DNA from: Octopus vulgaris
Lineage: Eukaryota
DNA: 64,000 nucleotides
Assembly (NCBI GenBank): GCA_951406725.2
Contig: OX597836.1
Coordinates: 49,538,001 to 49,602,000 of the forward strand
Direction of reading: 5' to 3'
The notes under the pieces were generated by a model. That model saw only the letters and a list, made by a program, of their open reading frames with translations. It was not told the origin of the DNA and searched no databases. Made by a program: the position numbers and the translations under genes. Positions 13,348-25,800 of this stretch are shown in pieces; position 1 is the first letter of the stretch, and every line of letters starts with the position of its first letter.

Positions 13348-13387
<40 letters not shown>

Positions 13388-13401
13388 CACACACACACAC
13401 A

Positions 13402-13437
<36 letters not shown>

Positions 13438-13799
13438 AGAACGCAAAACATCTGGACAGTTAGGTAATACAAAAATGAAACACCAAAACATCCAGATAGA
13501 CGATACAAAGGAAACAAGGACAGGTCATTCAGAGTTTTCTTTCCTCAGTCAAGTACCACATTATCTTCGCAATTTCGGCTGAGTATACTTGAGTATATCA
13601 GGGATGTTTTGTTGTCTCATTTTTGTATCATCTAACTCTCCAGATGTTTTGCATTCTTGTCCCAGCTGACCTCTATGATGGTACATATTTTTGCCCCTCT
13701 ATCCGAAACAACAATACCCGGCCTGTTATGTTTATATTTATCAGAAGTTTTGATGGGAATATTCCACCAGAATTCCTTGAGTTGGTGTTTATGAATGTA

Positions 13800-15520
13800 T
13801 TCCATAACAGAGGGATTTTCTAAGTTTATTTCAGGAGAGTCTTTTTTGCGGAGGGCATTGTAAATTGTTTAAGCAACAACATCGTTCCGCATTGGGAGGT
13901 TGTACCGTGACAACATTTTAGGACAGTTGCTAATCACATGCATAATGACTTCCACAGAAGCATGACATAGCCTACACATGGGGTTGCACCTTGGGATTAC
14001 AAAAGCATCACTGCCTCTCTTGTTCACCAGGTACTTTGTGGCCATCTCCTGTTCATGGATTGCAAACGCATAGCCTACAAAGTGTGATGTGATATAGTGG
14101 TCTTGTGTCCAAAAGAGGCTGTGCTTCATGTCAATTCTACTATCTTCAAGCTTCCGGGCAACATACCCATGCATAGTCTTTATTCTGTATGATGTGTGCT
14201 TTCCATCCAGGTCTTCTCTGAGGTAAGAGAGAGCCCAGCTGTTTTGGGGCTGTATAGGAGATCATCAGGAAGAGGGTGCTTCTTGAGGAGCTCACTGCCC
14301 ACTCGTACAATGTTGCTCACTTCACTTTTCAGGACTGCATTTATGTATTTATTTTTGCTGCTGTTGTTCAGCAAGTGCTGCCTGAGTGATACGGTATTCG
14401 AAGGCCGTCTACACTCTACCACCTTCATTTCTTCTTCGGCAGAGCCTGTCAACATCACTGTTTCTGTGAAAGTTCCCAGTTGTTGTCAGCATTTTGCGGG
14501 TTTTGATATCTATGGAGTGGATTTCCTCTACAGACCAATCAAGTCTCCCAAATGTTGGGATCAGCACCGGTAATGCAAATGCATTGTGTGGTATTGTTTT
14601 GTTGTAAGAGGAGAGTTCCAACTGCCATACTTTCCTAAGTCTGGTGTAATATCTTCGGGTCACTCTATCCTTATTCACAGTGACTTCATACGATACATTT
14701 TCGTCTATGCCTACGTACTTGTAACATTCTTTGTGTGGAATGGGGGAGATAGAGAGATCATTGATGCACAGATTTTGGGTTTGGGGGACTGACTTTCTTC
14801 GTTCTATAACCAAATATAAACATTTCGTTTGGCCAAATTTCATGTCTTTATCAGCAGAAAATGTTGTTATTAATTCCAGTTGTTTTTTTTTTTTGGCATT
14901 GTTAACACTTTTAGCATAAATCTTGAGGTCATCTACGAAGAAATTATGAGTTACATTGATATTTCTGGCAGTTGAATATCCTAGCATGTAACCATTTGTT
15001 GGATTCAGTGCCAAAATGGAAAGAAATACAGAAAGACTATCTCCCTGGAATATTCCTTTTGAAATTCCTATACTATCAGAAGCAAATACTCTGTTCTCAG
15101 TTGTAAGAATTGTTGTCCATGTTTTTGTGAGTCTTTCTCTATAGCAGCAATTAAGATAGTAGGATACCTTTGCCAGATGTAGGCACTTCAATAGCCATGA
15201 ATGAGGGATAGAGTTGAATGCCATTCGGCCACGTGTCTTCTACGTTGTTATCTTACTTCAGACAGCACAGCTTTGTTTATTAAAAATTGTTCAGGTCATC
15301 CCCACACTCCCTTCTTTCCACCAGCCTCTTCATCAGAGCCCAGTGTTGCTTGACTCACAATGGTTCTGGAGGAATTCGTTGAGGCAACTTGAGTACAGTT
15401 TGTACATAATGTTTAGCCAAGCAATGGGCCTGCAGTTTCTTGCCATCTTGGGGATTTCAGTTTTGGCAACAACATTTCCCCTTGTTGTAGCAGTCTGACT
15501 TTCCATAGTCCTTTTGAACA
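13800..15520 (-). mobile_element. Degenerate non-LTR retrotransposon, R4/Dong-like (RT plus CCHC knuckle)
   Basis: NCRPIAWLNIMYK, AFNSIPHSWL, GIFQGDSLS, HNFFVDDLKIY, YKYVGI, DVDRL, then CRLCH...HVISNC...RNDVVA. Multiple frameshifts. Confidence 0.8.
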
Positions 15521-15527
15521 TGTCTGA

Positions 15528-15578
<51 letters not shown>

Positions 15579-15820
15579 ATTATTCAGTTTATTTCAAGAT
15601 TTCTTGCCAATAGAGAGAGAACCGGTTTCTAACCTAGATCCAAGGTTCCTTCATTGGAATTTCAACACCAACAACAGGGTATGTATGTATGCACGTAAGT
15701 ACATATGTACACAGGCATGCATGCAAATGTATGTGTGTGTATGTATATATGTGTATGTAATATATATGTATAGTATATGTGTGTGTGTGTGTATATATGT
15801 GTATGTAATATATATGTATA

Positions 15821-15861
<41 letters not shown>

Positions 15862-17254
15862 CGTACATGGAGACAGATCTGTGCGTTTAAACACAGAATT
15901 TACCCTCCCAAATGAACAACGACTTTGATAAGTTCGACGCAACAAAGATACCAGCAGCGTGGTCGATCGACTTGCAAGATTTACCGGTCAGCTCTTCCGA
16001 TGAATAAACGCTTCTACCTGAATCAATGAATCACTTAGTAACCTAACTTGGAAATGCTATGAGTCTTTCAACCAGGAATGGAACAATTTGCAAATATCGT
16101 AAATTCAAGGGAGATAACTAGATAATATGTCAATAGTTTTCCCAAATTGTTTCCCTTTGAATTGTAGCCAAATGGTCCGAAAGAACGTACAAGACAAAGT
16201 TCTTTCGTTTTAGAATTAATAAAGGGAAGGAGAAGAAATATCGACACCCTCCGGCAATGTTGTCACTGACATGTCGAATAAGCACGAGACTTTTTTGTAA
16301 TTTTTTTTTCCAAAAATGTCTTTGGATTCCTGTTTTAAATATTTTGGTATTTTAAAAAAAAATAGAACAACTTTTGAAATTGTTAAATCTCTTCCGTCCT
16401 TCAAATATTTTGTTTTTAGCTGGGGTTTCCTTTTTGTGTTTTTTTTTTTTTCGTTTTTTTTTTTTAAGTTTAAAAATACGGATATTGCAGTCCTGAAAAT
16501 ATAGTATTTTTGTCATAATTCCAATATTTTAGCACTGAATACTTACCATAATCTTCCAGTTTCATTTTGTGGTCCAGAACCGAAAGAATCTTGTAATTGT
16601 TTGCTCTTAAGTTTCACCCCCAAATTCCACAATGCTAATCAAAAAACATTGCCGTGAAATCGATTTGTATCGGCGCTGAATATTCCAACAGTGCGATCAA
16701 CACAAGAAATTACTAATTGAGCCGTTATTAGAGACATAGCGGCACATGTGGCACATGTGGCTATAAATATCTCTTTACAAATACGTGATTCGAGTTTCGA
16801 TCCCGTTGTGCGGCCCCAGTAGAATTAGGAGTATGGAACCGTGTGCCAACCCACCATATATACGTTTTGTTATTTTGTTTTCTTTTCTTTTTTCTTACAA
16901 ATCAATGTCACTGAAAACATTTCGGAAGCGAAATTCACAGAGCGGGAAACTCAGGATACGAAATTAATTTTCAAATGTTTTTAGCATATGCAGCGCGCGC
17001 ACACACACACACAAACACCAGCTTTAATTTTAGTTTCCTAGGCAACCAAAATACCAAAACTTTACATTGAAAACGAATTTCCATTGAGAAGTAGAGTTGT
17101 CCCCCTTTACAGCTAAACTTTAAAAACACTGCAGGGGAGATAATCATTGTAAAAAAAAAAATGGTTAAACTAAAGCGTTTGACCCGGGCACAAAAACAAA
17201 ACAAAATGGGTGTAAAAACAAGTTGCTCTCTACGAATATGATGCTTTAGATACA

Positions 17255-18145
17255 AATAATTACAGAGGTATTAAGTTGTTGGATCAGGTAACGAAAGTCG
17301 CGGAGAGGGTCATAGCCCAACTGATTAGGGAGAGAGTCAGATTAGATGAGATGCAGTTTGGTTTCGTGCCAGGGAAAAGCACCACTGATGCCATATTTCT
17401 GGTTAGACTGCTGCAGGAGAAATACCTAGCCAAAGATAAACCTCTGTACCTGGATTTTGTTGACACGGAGAAAGCCTTTGACAGGATCCCCCGATCCCTC
17501 ATCTGGTGGTCAATGAGGAAACTAGGGATAGATGAATGGTTAGTGGGAGCTGTGAAAACCATGTATAGGGACGCTGTCAGTAAGGTGAGAGTTGGCAACG
17601 AGTACAGCGAAGAATTCCGGGTAGAGGTAGGGGTCCACCAAGGTTCAGTCCTTAGCCCCCTCCTATTTATCATAGTCCTCCAAGCAATAACAGAGGAATT
17701 CAAGACAGGATGCCCCTGGGAGCTCCTTTATGCTCTAATTGCTGAGTCACAGAACTAGAGGAGAAGTTTCAAGTGTGGAAACAAGGATTAGAATCGAAGG
17801 GCCTTAGAATCAACCTAACTAAAACCAAAGTCCTAATAAGTAGGAAGGCGGGCAAACCACAAATCTCTTCAGGTAGATGGCCCTGATCAATCTGTAGAAG
17901 AGGCGTAGGTAGAAATTCACTGTAAGCTATGGACACATAAGAGGTGAAGCAATATCAAAGGAAGGTTAACTGGGAAGATATTTTTGTATGTGGCAGATGC
18001 TCAGAAGCAATAAGCACTGAAAATGTGCAGAGAACAACTTCTGCCACATTCCAGGGAGAAAAACTAGAAGTAGTTGATAGCTTCTGTTACCTAGGTAACC
18101 AAGTCAGTAGCGGGAAGGGTGCGCTGAAAGTGTAGCTGCTAGAAC
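17255..18145 (+). mobile_element. LINE reverse transcriptase fragment (RTE-like)
   Basis: QFGFVPGKSTTDAIF, FVDTEKAFDRIPR, GVHQGSVLSPLLF, ELLYA (DD lost), FCYLG. Truncated at both ends. Confidence 0.85.
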
Positions 18146-18149
18146 AGGA

Positions 18150-19254
18150 TAGAACATGTCAAAATATTGCAAATGTGTACTGAAAAAACAACAAAAAATT
18201 TTCTGATCTGTTAGGTAAATATAATTAAACTGATTGATAATAAGCTTATATTTATCCAAGAGATCACTAAAGTCTCAAAAGTTTTCAGGTTAGAAATTGT
18301 CAAATTATTGCAAATGAGTACTTGAAAAACAACAAAGAATTTAGTGATCTGTTCGGTAAATATAAGTTAAATGATTGATAATAAGCTTATATTTATCGAA
18401 GAGAACGCTAAAGTCTTAAAAGTTTTCAGGTTAGAAAATGTCAAAATATTGCAAATGTGTACTTGAAAAACAACAAAGAATTTAGTGATCTGTTAGGTAA
18501 ATATAAGTTAACTGATTGATAATAAGCTTATATTTATCCAAGAGATCACTAAAGTCTCAAAAGTTTTCAAACTTTTGAGACTTTAGAAAATGTCAAAATA
18601 TTGCAATTGTGTACTTGAAAAACAGCAAAGAATTTCTTTGTGCACATTTGCAATATTTTGACATATTCTGACCTGAAAACTTCTGAGACTTTAGTGATAT
18701 CTTGGATAAATATAAGCTTATTATCAATCAGTTAACTTATCTTTACCTAAGAGATCACTAAATTTTTTTTGTTTTCAAAGTACTCATTTGCAACATTTTG
18801 ACACTTTGTAACCTGAAAACTTTTGAGACTTTAGTGATATCTTGTATATCAAAAGTTTTCAGGTTAGAAAGTGTCAAAATGTTGCAAAGGTTTAGTTGAA
18901 AAACAACAAAAAATTTAGTGATCTCTTAGGTAAAGATAAGTTAACTGATTGATAATAAGCTTATATTTATCCAAGATATGACTAGTCTCAAAAGTTTTTA
19001 GGTTACAAAGTGTCAAAACGTTGCAAATGTGTACTTGAAAACCAACAAAAAATTTAGTGATCTCTTAGATAAAGATAAGTTAACTGATTGATAATAAGCT
19101 TATATTTATCCAAGATATCACTAAAGTCTCAAAAGTTTTCAGGTTAGAAAGTGTCAAAATGTTGCGAATGTGTAGTTAAAAAACTACAAAAAATTTAGTG
19201 ATCTCTTAGGTAAAGATAAGTTAAGTGATTGATAATAAGCTTATATTTATCCAA
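18150..19254. repeat. Satellite of about 141-bp units (about 8 unit-equivalents) with an internal inversion
   Basis: AGAAA(A/T)TGTCAAA recurs at 18292 and 18433 (period 141). About 18636-18843 is in reverse orientation. Confidence 0.9.
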
Positions 19255-19541
19255 ACGACAAGCGAAGAAGATAGGTTTTACTTTTGTCTTAAAAGCATAT
19301 AGGCTCACAGGTAACTAGATACATTACAACTGAAAAGAAGAAAGTAAGGTTGGGTAATATCAATGTTGAACTGATGCTAAACACTTTCAATAATGTCTCA
19401 TGCTGGTGGTGTTGGTTTTGCTTTTGCAGTTGGTGCTTGTGGTGCTCGTGTTGCTATTTGTGCTTGTGGTGTTGGGGGTGCTAGTCCTGCTGGTGATGAT
19501 TGTGGTGGTGGTGGTGGTGCTTCTGGTTTTGGTGGTGCTAG

Positions 19542-19879
19542 CTGTTGAGCTGTTGAGCGAACGGTCTTCGTCCCAGAGCTCGCAATATGGGAGAAGTCCG
19601 AAACGTGGTCCTTTGCAGGTCAACCCCCGACACCGAGAGCATCGCCGGATGGATGAATGCGCATCCAGGCTCAGCGGTTGCGTAGGAAGTCGAGGACAAG
19701 AAACAGGAAGAAAGAGTGAGAGAAAGTCGGGGTGAAGGAGTACAACAGGGGTCGCCACCACACCCTGCCAGAGCCTCGTGGAGCTTTTAGGTATTTTCGC
19801 GCAATAAACACACACAACGCCCGGTCTGGGAATCGAAACCGCGATTCCGCTGCCCTAACCATTGGGCCATTGCGCCTCA
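19542..19879 (-). mobile_element. tRNA-derived SINE with 10-bp TSD
   Basis: Minus strand A box TGGCCCAATGG, B box GGTTTCGATTCCC and tail (GCTCAACA)2. GTGGTGCTAG is duplicated at 19532-19541 and 19880-19889. Confidence 0.85.
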
Positions 19880-19889
19880 GTGGTGCTAG

Positions 19890-22800
19890 TGGTGATAGTT
19901 GTGTTGGTGGTATTGGTAGTGGTAGTAGTGCTGGTGGTGTTGGTGGTATTGGTAGTGGTAGTAGTGCTGGTGGTGTTGGTGGTATTGGTAGTGGTAGTAG
20001 TGCTGGTGGTGTTGGTGGTGTTGGTAGTGGTAGTAGTGCTGGTGGTGTTGGTGGTGTTGGTAGTGGTAGTAGTGCTGGTGGTGTTGGTGGTGTTGGTAGT
20101 GGTAGTAGTGCTGGTGGTGTTGGTGGTATTGGTAGTGGTAGTAGTGCTGGTGGTGTTGGTGGTATTGGTAGTGGTAGTAGTGCTGGTGGTGTTGGTGGTA
20201 TTGGTAGTGGTAGTAGTGCTGGTGGTGCTGGTGGTGTTGGTAGTGGTAGTAGTGCTGGTGGTGTTGGTGGTGTTGGTAGTGGTAGTAGTGCTGGTGGTGT
20301 TGGTGGTGTTGGTAGTGGTAGTAGTGCTGGTGGTGTTGGTGGTATTGGTAGTGGTAGTAGTGCTGGTGGTGTTGGTGGTATTGGTAGTGGTAGTAGTGCT
20401 GGTGGTGTTGGTGGTGTTGGTAGTGGTAGTAGTGCTGGTGGTGTTGGTGGTGTTGGTAGTGGTAGTAGTGCTGGTGGTGTTGGTGGTGTTGTAGTGCTGG
20501 TGGTGTTGGTGGTATTGGTAGTGGTAGTAGTGCTGGTGGTGTTGGTGGTATTGGTAGTGGTAGTAGTGCTGGTGGTGTTGGTGGTATTGGTAGTGGTAGT
20601 AGTGCTGGTGGTGTTGGTGGTATTGGTAGTGGTAGTAGTGCTGGTGGTGTTGGTGGTGTTGGTAGTGGTAGTAGTGCTGGTGGTGTTGGTTGTTTTTGGT
20701 AGTGGTAGTAGTGCTGGTGGTGTTGGTGGTATTGGTAGTGGTAGTAGTGCTGGTGGTGTTGGTGGTATTGGTAGTGGTAGTAGTGCTGGTGGTGTTGGTG
20801 GTGTTGGTAGTGGTAGTAGTGCTGGTGGTGTTGGTGGTATTGGTAGTGGTAGTAGTGCTGGTGGTGTTGGTGGTGTTGGTAGTGGTAGTAGTGCTGGTGG
20901 TGTTGGTGGTATTGGTAGTGGTAGTAGTGCTGGTGGTGTTGGTGGTATTGGTAGTGGTAGTAGTGCTGGTGGTGTTGGTGGTATTGGTAGTGGTAGTAGT
21001 GGTGGTGGTGGTGTTGGTAGTGGTAGTAGTGCTGGTGGTGTTGGTGGTATTGGTAGTGGTAGTAGTGCTGGTGGTGTTGGTGGTGTTGGTAGTGGTAGAA
21101 GTGCTGGTGGTGTTGGTGGTATTGGTAGTGGTAGTAGTGCTGGTGGTGTTGGTGGTATTGGTAGTGGTAGTAGTGCTGGTGGTGTTGGTGGTATTGGTAG
21201 TGCTGGGTGGTGTTGGTAGTGGTAGTAGTGCTGGTGGTGTTGGTGGTATTGGTAGTGGTAGTAGTGCTGGTGGTGTTGGTGGTGTTGGTAGTGGTAGTAG
21301 TGCTGGTGGTGTTGGTGGTATTGGTAGTGGTAGTAGTGCTGGTGGTGTTGGTGGTATTGGTAGTGGTAGTAGTGCTGGTGGTGTTGGTGGTATTGGTAGT
21401 GGTAGTAGTGCTGGTGGTGTTGGTAGTGTAGTAGTGCTGGTGGTGTTGGTGGTATTGGTAGTGGTAGTAGTGCTGGTGGTGTTGGTGGTATTGGTAGTGG
21501 TAGTAGTGCTGGTGGTGTTGGTGGTGTTGGTAGTGGTAGTAGTGCTGGTGGTGTTGGTGGTATTGGTAGTGGTAGTAGTGCTGGTGGTGTTGGTGGTATT
21601 GGTAGTGGTAGTAGTGCTGGTGGTGTTGGTGGTGTTGGTAGTGGTAGTAGTGCTGGTGGTGTTGGTGGTATTGGTAGTGGTAGTAGTGCTGGTGGTGTTG
21701 GTGGTATTGGTAGTGGTAGTAGTGCTGGTGGTGTTGGTGGTATTGGTAGTGGTAGTAGTGCTGGTGGTGTTGGTGGTATTGGTAGTGGTAGTAGTGCTGG
21801 TGGTGTTGGTGGTGTTGGTAGTGGTAGTAGTGCTGGTGGTGTTGGTGGTGTTGGTAGTGGTAGTAGTGCTGGTGGTGTTGGTGGTATTGGTAGTGGTAGT
21901 AGTGCTGGTGGTGTTGGTGGTATTGGTAGTGGTAGTAGTGCTGGTGGTGTTGGTGGTATTGGTAGTGGTAGTAGTGCTGGTGGTGTTGGTGGTATTGGTA
22001 GTGGTAGTAGTGCTGGTGGTGTTGGTAGTATTGGTAGTGGTAGTAGTGCTGGTGGTGTTGGTGGTGTTGGTAGTGGTAGTAGTGCTGGTGGTGTTGGTGG
22101 TGTTGGTAGTGGTAGTAGTGCTGGTGGTGTTGGTGGTATTGGTAGTGGTAGTAGTGCTGGTGGTGTTGGTGGTATTGGTAGTGGTAGTAGTGCTGGTGGT
22201 GTTGGTAGTGGTAGTAGTGCTGGTGGTGTTGGTGGTATTGGTAGTGGTAGTAGTGCTGGTGGTGTTGGTGGTATTGGTAGTGGTAGTAGTGCTGGTGGTG
22301 TTGGTGGTGTTGGTAGTGGTAGTAGTGCTGGTGGTGTTGGTGGTATTGGTAGTGGTAGTAGTGCTGGTGGTGTTGGTGGTGTTGGTAGTGGTAGTAGTGC
22401 TGGTGGTGTTGGTGGTATTGGTAGTGGTAGTAGTGCTGGTGGTGTTGGTGGTATTGGTAGTGGTAGTAGTGCTGGTGGTGTTGGTGGTATTGGTAGTGGT
22501 AGTAGTGCTGGTGGTGTTGGTGGTATTGGTAGTGGTAGTAGTGCTGGTGGTGTTGGTGGTAGTGGTAGTAGTGCTGGTGGTGTTGGTGGTATTGGTAGTA
22601 GTAGTAGTGCTGCTGGTGTTGGTGGTATTGGTAGTGGTAGTAGTGCTGGTGGTGTTGGTGGTATTGGTAGTGGTAGTAGTGCTGGTGGTGTTGGTGGTGT
22701 TGGTAGTGGTAGTAGTGCTGGTGGTGTTAGTGGTGTTGGTAGTGGTAGTAGTGCTGGTGGTGTTGGTGGTGTTGGTAGTGGTAGTAGTGCTGGTGGTGCT

Positions 22801-25800
22801 GGTATTGGTAGTGGTAGTAGTGCTGGTGGTGTTGGTGGTATTGGTAGTGGTAGTAGTGCTGGTGGTGTTGGTGGTGTTGGTACTGGTAGTGTGCTGGTGG
22901 TGTTGGTGGTATTGGTAGTGGTAGTAGTGCTGGTGGTGTTGGTGGTATTGGTAGTGGTGCTGGTGGTGTTGGTGGTGTTGGTAGTGGTGGTGCTGGTGGT
23001 GTTGGTGGTATTGGTAGTGGTAGTAGTGCTGGTGGTGTTGGTGGTATTGGTAGTGGTAGTAGTGCTGGTGGTGTTGGTGGTATTGGTAGTGGTAGTAGTG
23101 CTGGTGGTGTTGGTGGTATTGGTAGTGGTAGTAGTGCTGGTGGTGTTGGTGGTATTGGTAGTGGTAGTAGTGCTGGTGGTGTTGGTGGTGTTGGTAGTGG
23201 TAGTAGTGCTGGTGGTGTTGGTGGTGTTGGTAGTGGTAGTAGTGCTGGTGGTGTTGGTGGTGTTGGTAGTGGTAGTAGTGCTGGTGGTGTTGGTGGTGTT
23301 GGTAGTGGTAGTAGTGCTGGTGGTGTTGGTGGTATTGGTAGTGGTAGTAGTGGTATTGGTAGTGGTAGTAGTGCTGGTGGTGTTGGTGGTGTTGGTAGTG
23401 GTAGTAGTGCTGGTGGTGTTGGTGGTATTGGTAGTGGTAGTAGTGCTGGTGGTGTTGGTGGTATTGGTAGTGGTAGTAGTGCTGGTGGTGTTGGTACTGG
23501 TAGTGGAGTGGCTGGTGGTGTTGGTGGTGCTGGTGGTGTTGGTGGTAGTAGTGCTGGTGGTGTTGGTGGTGTTGGTAGTGGTAGTAGTGCTGGTGGTGTT
23601 GGTGGTATTGGTAGTGGTAGTAGTGCTGGTGGTGTTGGTGGTATTGGTAGTGGTAGTAGTGCTGGTGGTGTTGGTGGTATTGGTAGTGGTAGTAGTGCTG
23701 GTGGTGTTGGTGGTATTGGTAGTGGTAGTAGTGCTGGTGGTGTTGGTGGTATTGGTAGTAGTGCTGGTGGTGTTGGTGGTATTGGTAGTGGTAGTAGTGC
23801 TGGTGGTGTTGGTGGTATTGGTAGTGGTAGTAGTGCTGGTGGTGTTGGTGGTATTGGTAGTGGTAGTAGTGCTGGTGGTGTTGGTGGTGTTGGTAGTGGT
23901 AGTAGTGCTGGTGGTGTTGGTGGTGTTGGTAGTGGTAGTAGTGCTGGTGGTGTTGGTGGTGTTGGTAGTGGTAGTAGTGCTGGTGGTGTTGGTGGTGTTG
24001 GTAGTGGTAGTAGTGCTGGTGGTGTTGGTGGTATTGGTAGTGGTAGTAGTGCTGGTGGTGTTGGTGGTGTTGGTAGTGGTAGTAGTGCTGGTGGTGTTGG
24101 TGGTGTTGGTAGTGGTAGTAGTGCTGGTGGTGTTGGTGGTGTTGGTAGTGGTAGTAGTGCTGGTGGTGTTGGTGGTGTTGGTAGTGGTAGTAGTGCTGGT
24201 GGTGTTGGTGGTGTTGGTAGTGGTAGTAGTGCTGGTGGTGTTGGTGGTGTTGGTAGTGGTAGTAGTGCTGGTGGTGTTGGTGGTGTTGGTAGTGGTAGTA
24301 GTGCTGGTGGTGTTGGTGGTGTTGGTAGTGGTAGTAGTGCTGGTGGTGTTGGTGGTGTTGGTAGTGGTAGTAGTGCTGGTGGTGTTGGTGGTGTTGGTAG
24401 TGGTAGTAGTGCTGGTGGTGTTGGTGGTATTGGTAGTGGTAGTAGTGCTGGTGGTGTTGGTGGTGTTGGTATTGGTGGTAGTAGTGCTGGTGGTGTTGGT
24501 GGTATTGGTAGTGGTAGTAGTGCTGGTGGTGTTGGTGGTGTTGGTAGTGGTAGTAGTGCTGGTGGTGTTGGTGGTATTGGTAGTGGTAGTAGTGCTGGTG
24601 GTGTTGGTGGTATTGGTAGTGGTAGTAGTGCTGGTGGTGTTGGTGGTATTGGTAGTGGTAGTAGTGCTGGTGGTGTTGGTGGTATTGGTAGTGGTAGTAG
24701 TGCTGCTGGTGGTGTTGGTGGTGTTGGTAGTGGTAGTAGTGCTGGTGGTGTTGGTGGTGTTGGTAGTGGTAGTAGTGCTGGTGGTGTTGGTGGTGTTGGT
24801 AGTGGTAGTAGTGCTGGTGGTGTTGGTGGTGTTGGTAGTGGTAGTAGTGCTGGTGGTGTTGGTAGTGGTAGTAGTGCTGGTGGTGTTGGTGGTGTTGGTA
24901 GTGGTAGTAGTGCTGGTGGTGTTGGTGGTGTTGGTAGTGGTAGTAGTGCTGGTGGTGTTGGTGGTGTTGGTAGTGGTAGTAGTGCTGGTGGTGTTGGTGG
25001 TGTTGGTAGTGGTAGTAGTGCTGGTGGTGTTGGTGGTGTTGGTAGTGGTAGTAGTGCTGGTGGTGTTGGTAGTGGTAGTAGTGCTGGTGGTGTTGGTGGT
25101 GTTGGTAGTGGTAGTAGTGCTGGTGGTGTTGGTGGTGTTGGTAGTGGTAGTAGTGCTGGTGGTGTTGGTGGTGTTGGTATTGGTAGTAGTGCTGGTGGTG
25201 TTGGTGGTGTTGGTAGTGGTAGTAGTGCTGGTGGTGTTGGTGGTATTGGTAGTGGTAGTAGTGCTGGTGGTGTTGGTGGTATTGGTAGTGGTAGTAGTGC
25301 TGGTGGTGTTGGTGGTGTTGGTAGTGGTAGTAGTGCTGGTGGTGTTGGTGGTGTTGGTAGTGGTAGTAGTGCTGGTGGTGTTGGTGGTATTGGTAGTGGT
25401 AGTAGTGCTGGTGGTGTTGGTGGTATTGGTATTGGTAGTAGTGCTGGTGGTGTTGGTGGTAGTGGTAGTAGTGCTGGTGGTGTTGGTGGTATTGGTATTG
25501 GTAGTAGTGCTGGTGGTGTTGGTGGTATTGGTAGTGGTAGTAGTGCTGGTGGTGTTGGTGGTGTTGGTAGTGGTAGTAGTGCTGGTGGTGTTGGTGGTGT
25601 TGGTAGTGGTAGTAGTGCTGGTGGTGTTGGTGGTATTGGTAGTGGTAGTAGTGCTGGTGGTGTTGGTGGTATTGGTAGTGGTAGTAGTGCTGGTGGTGTT
25701 GGTGGTATTGGTAGTGGTAGTAGTGCTGGTGGTGTTGGTGGTGTTGGTAGTGGTAGTAGTGCTGGTGGTGTTGGTGGTGTTGGTAGTGGTAGTAGTGCTG

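Larger units (their letters stand above)
12209..13351. mobile_element. Non-coding Penelope-like / retrozyme-like element with inverted and direct repeats
   Basis: 12209-12620 is the reverse complement of 12845-13256, and 12621-12757 is directly repeated at 13215-13351. Flanked by (TA)n and contains hammerhead motifs. Confidence 0.75.

Noticed and set aside
18150-19254. CRISPR-like or retron-like array next to a reverse transcriptase
   Set aside because: No unique spacers and no cas genes. The context is eukaryotic and the RT is a broken LINE fragment.
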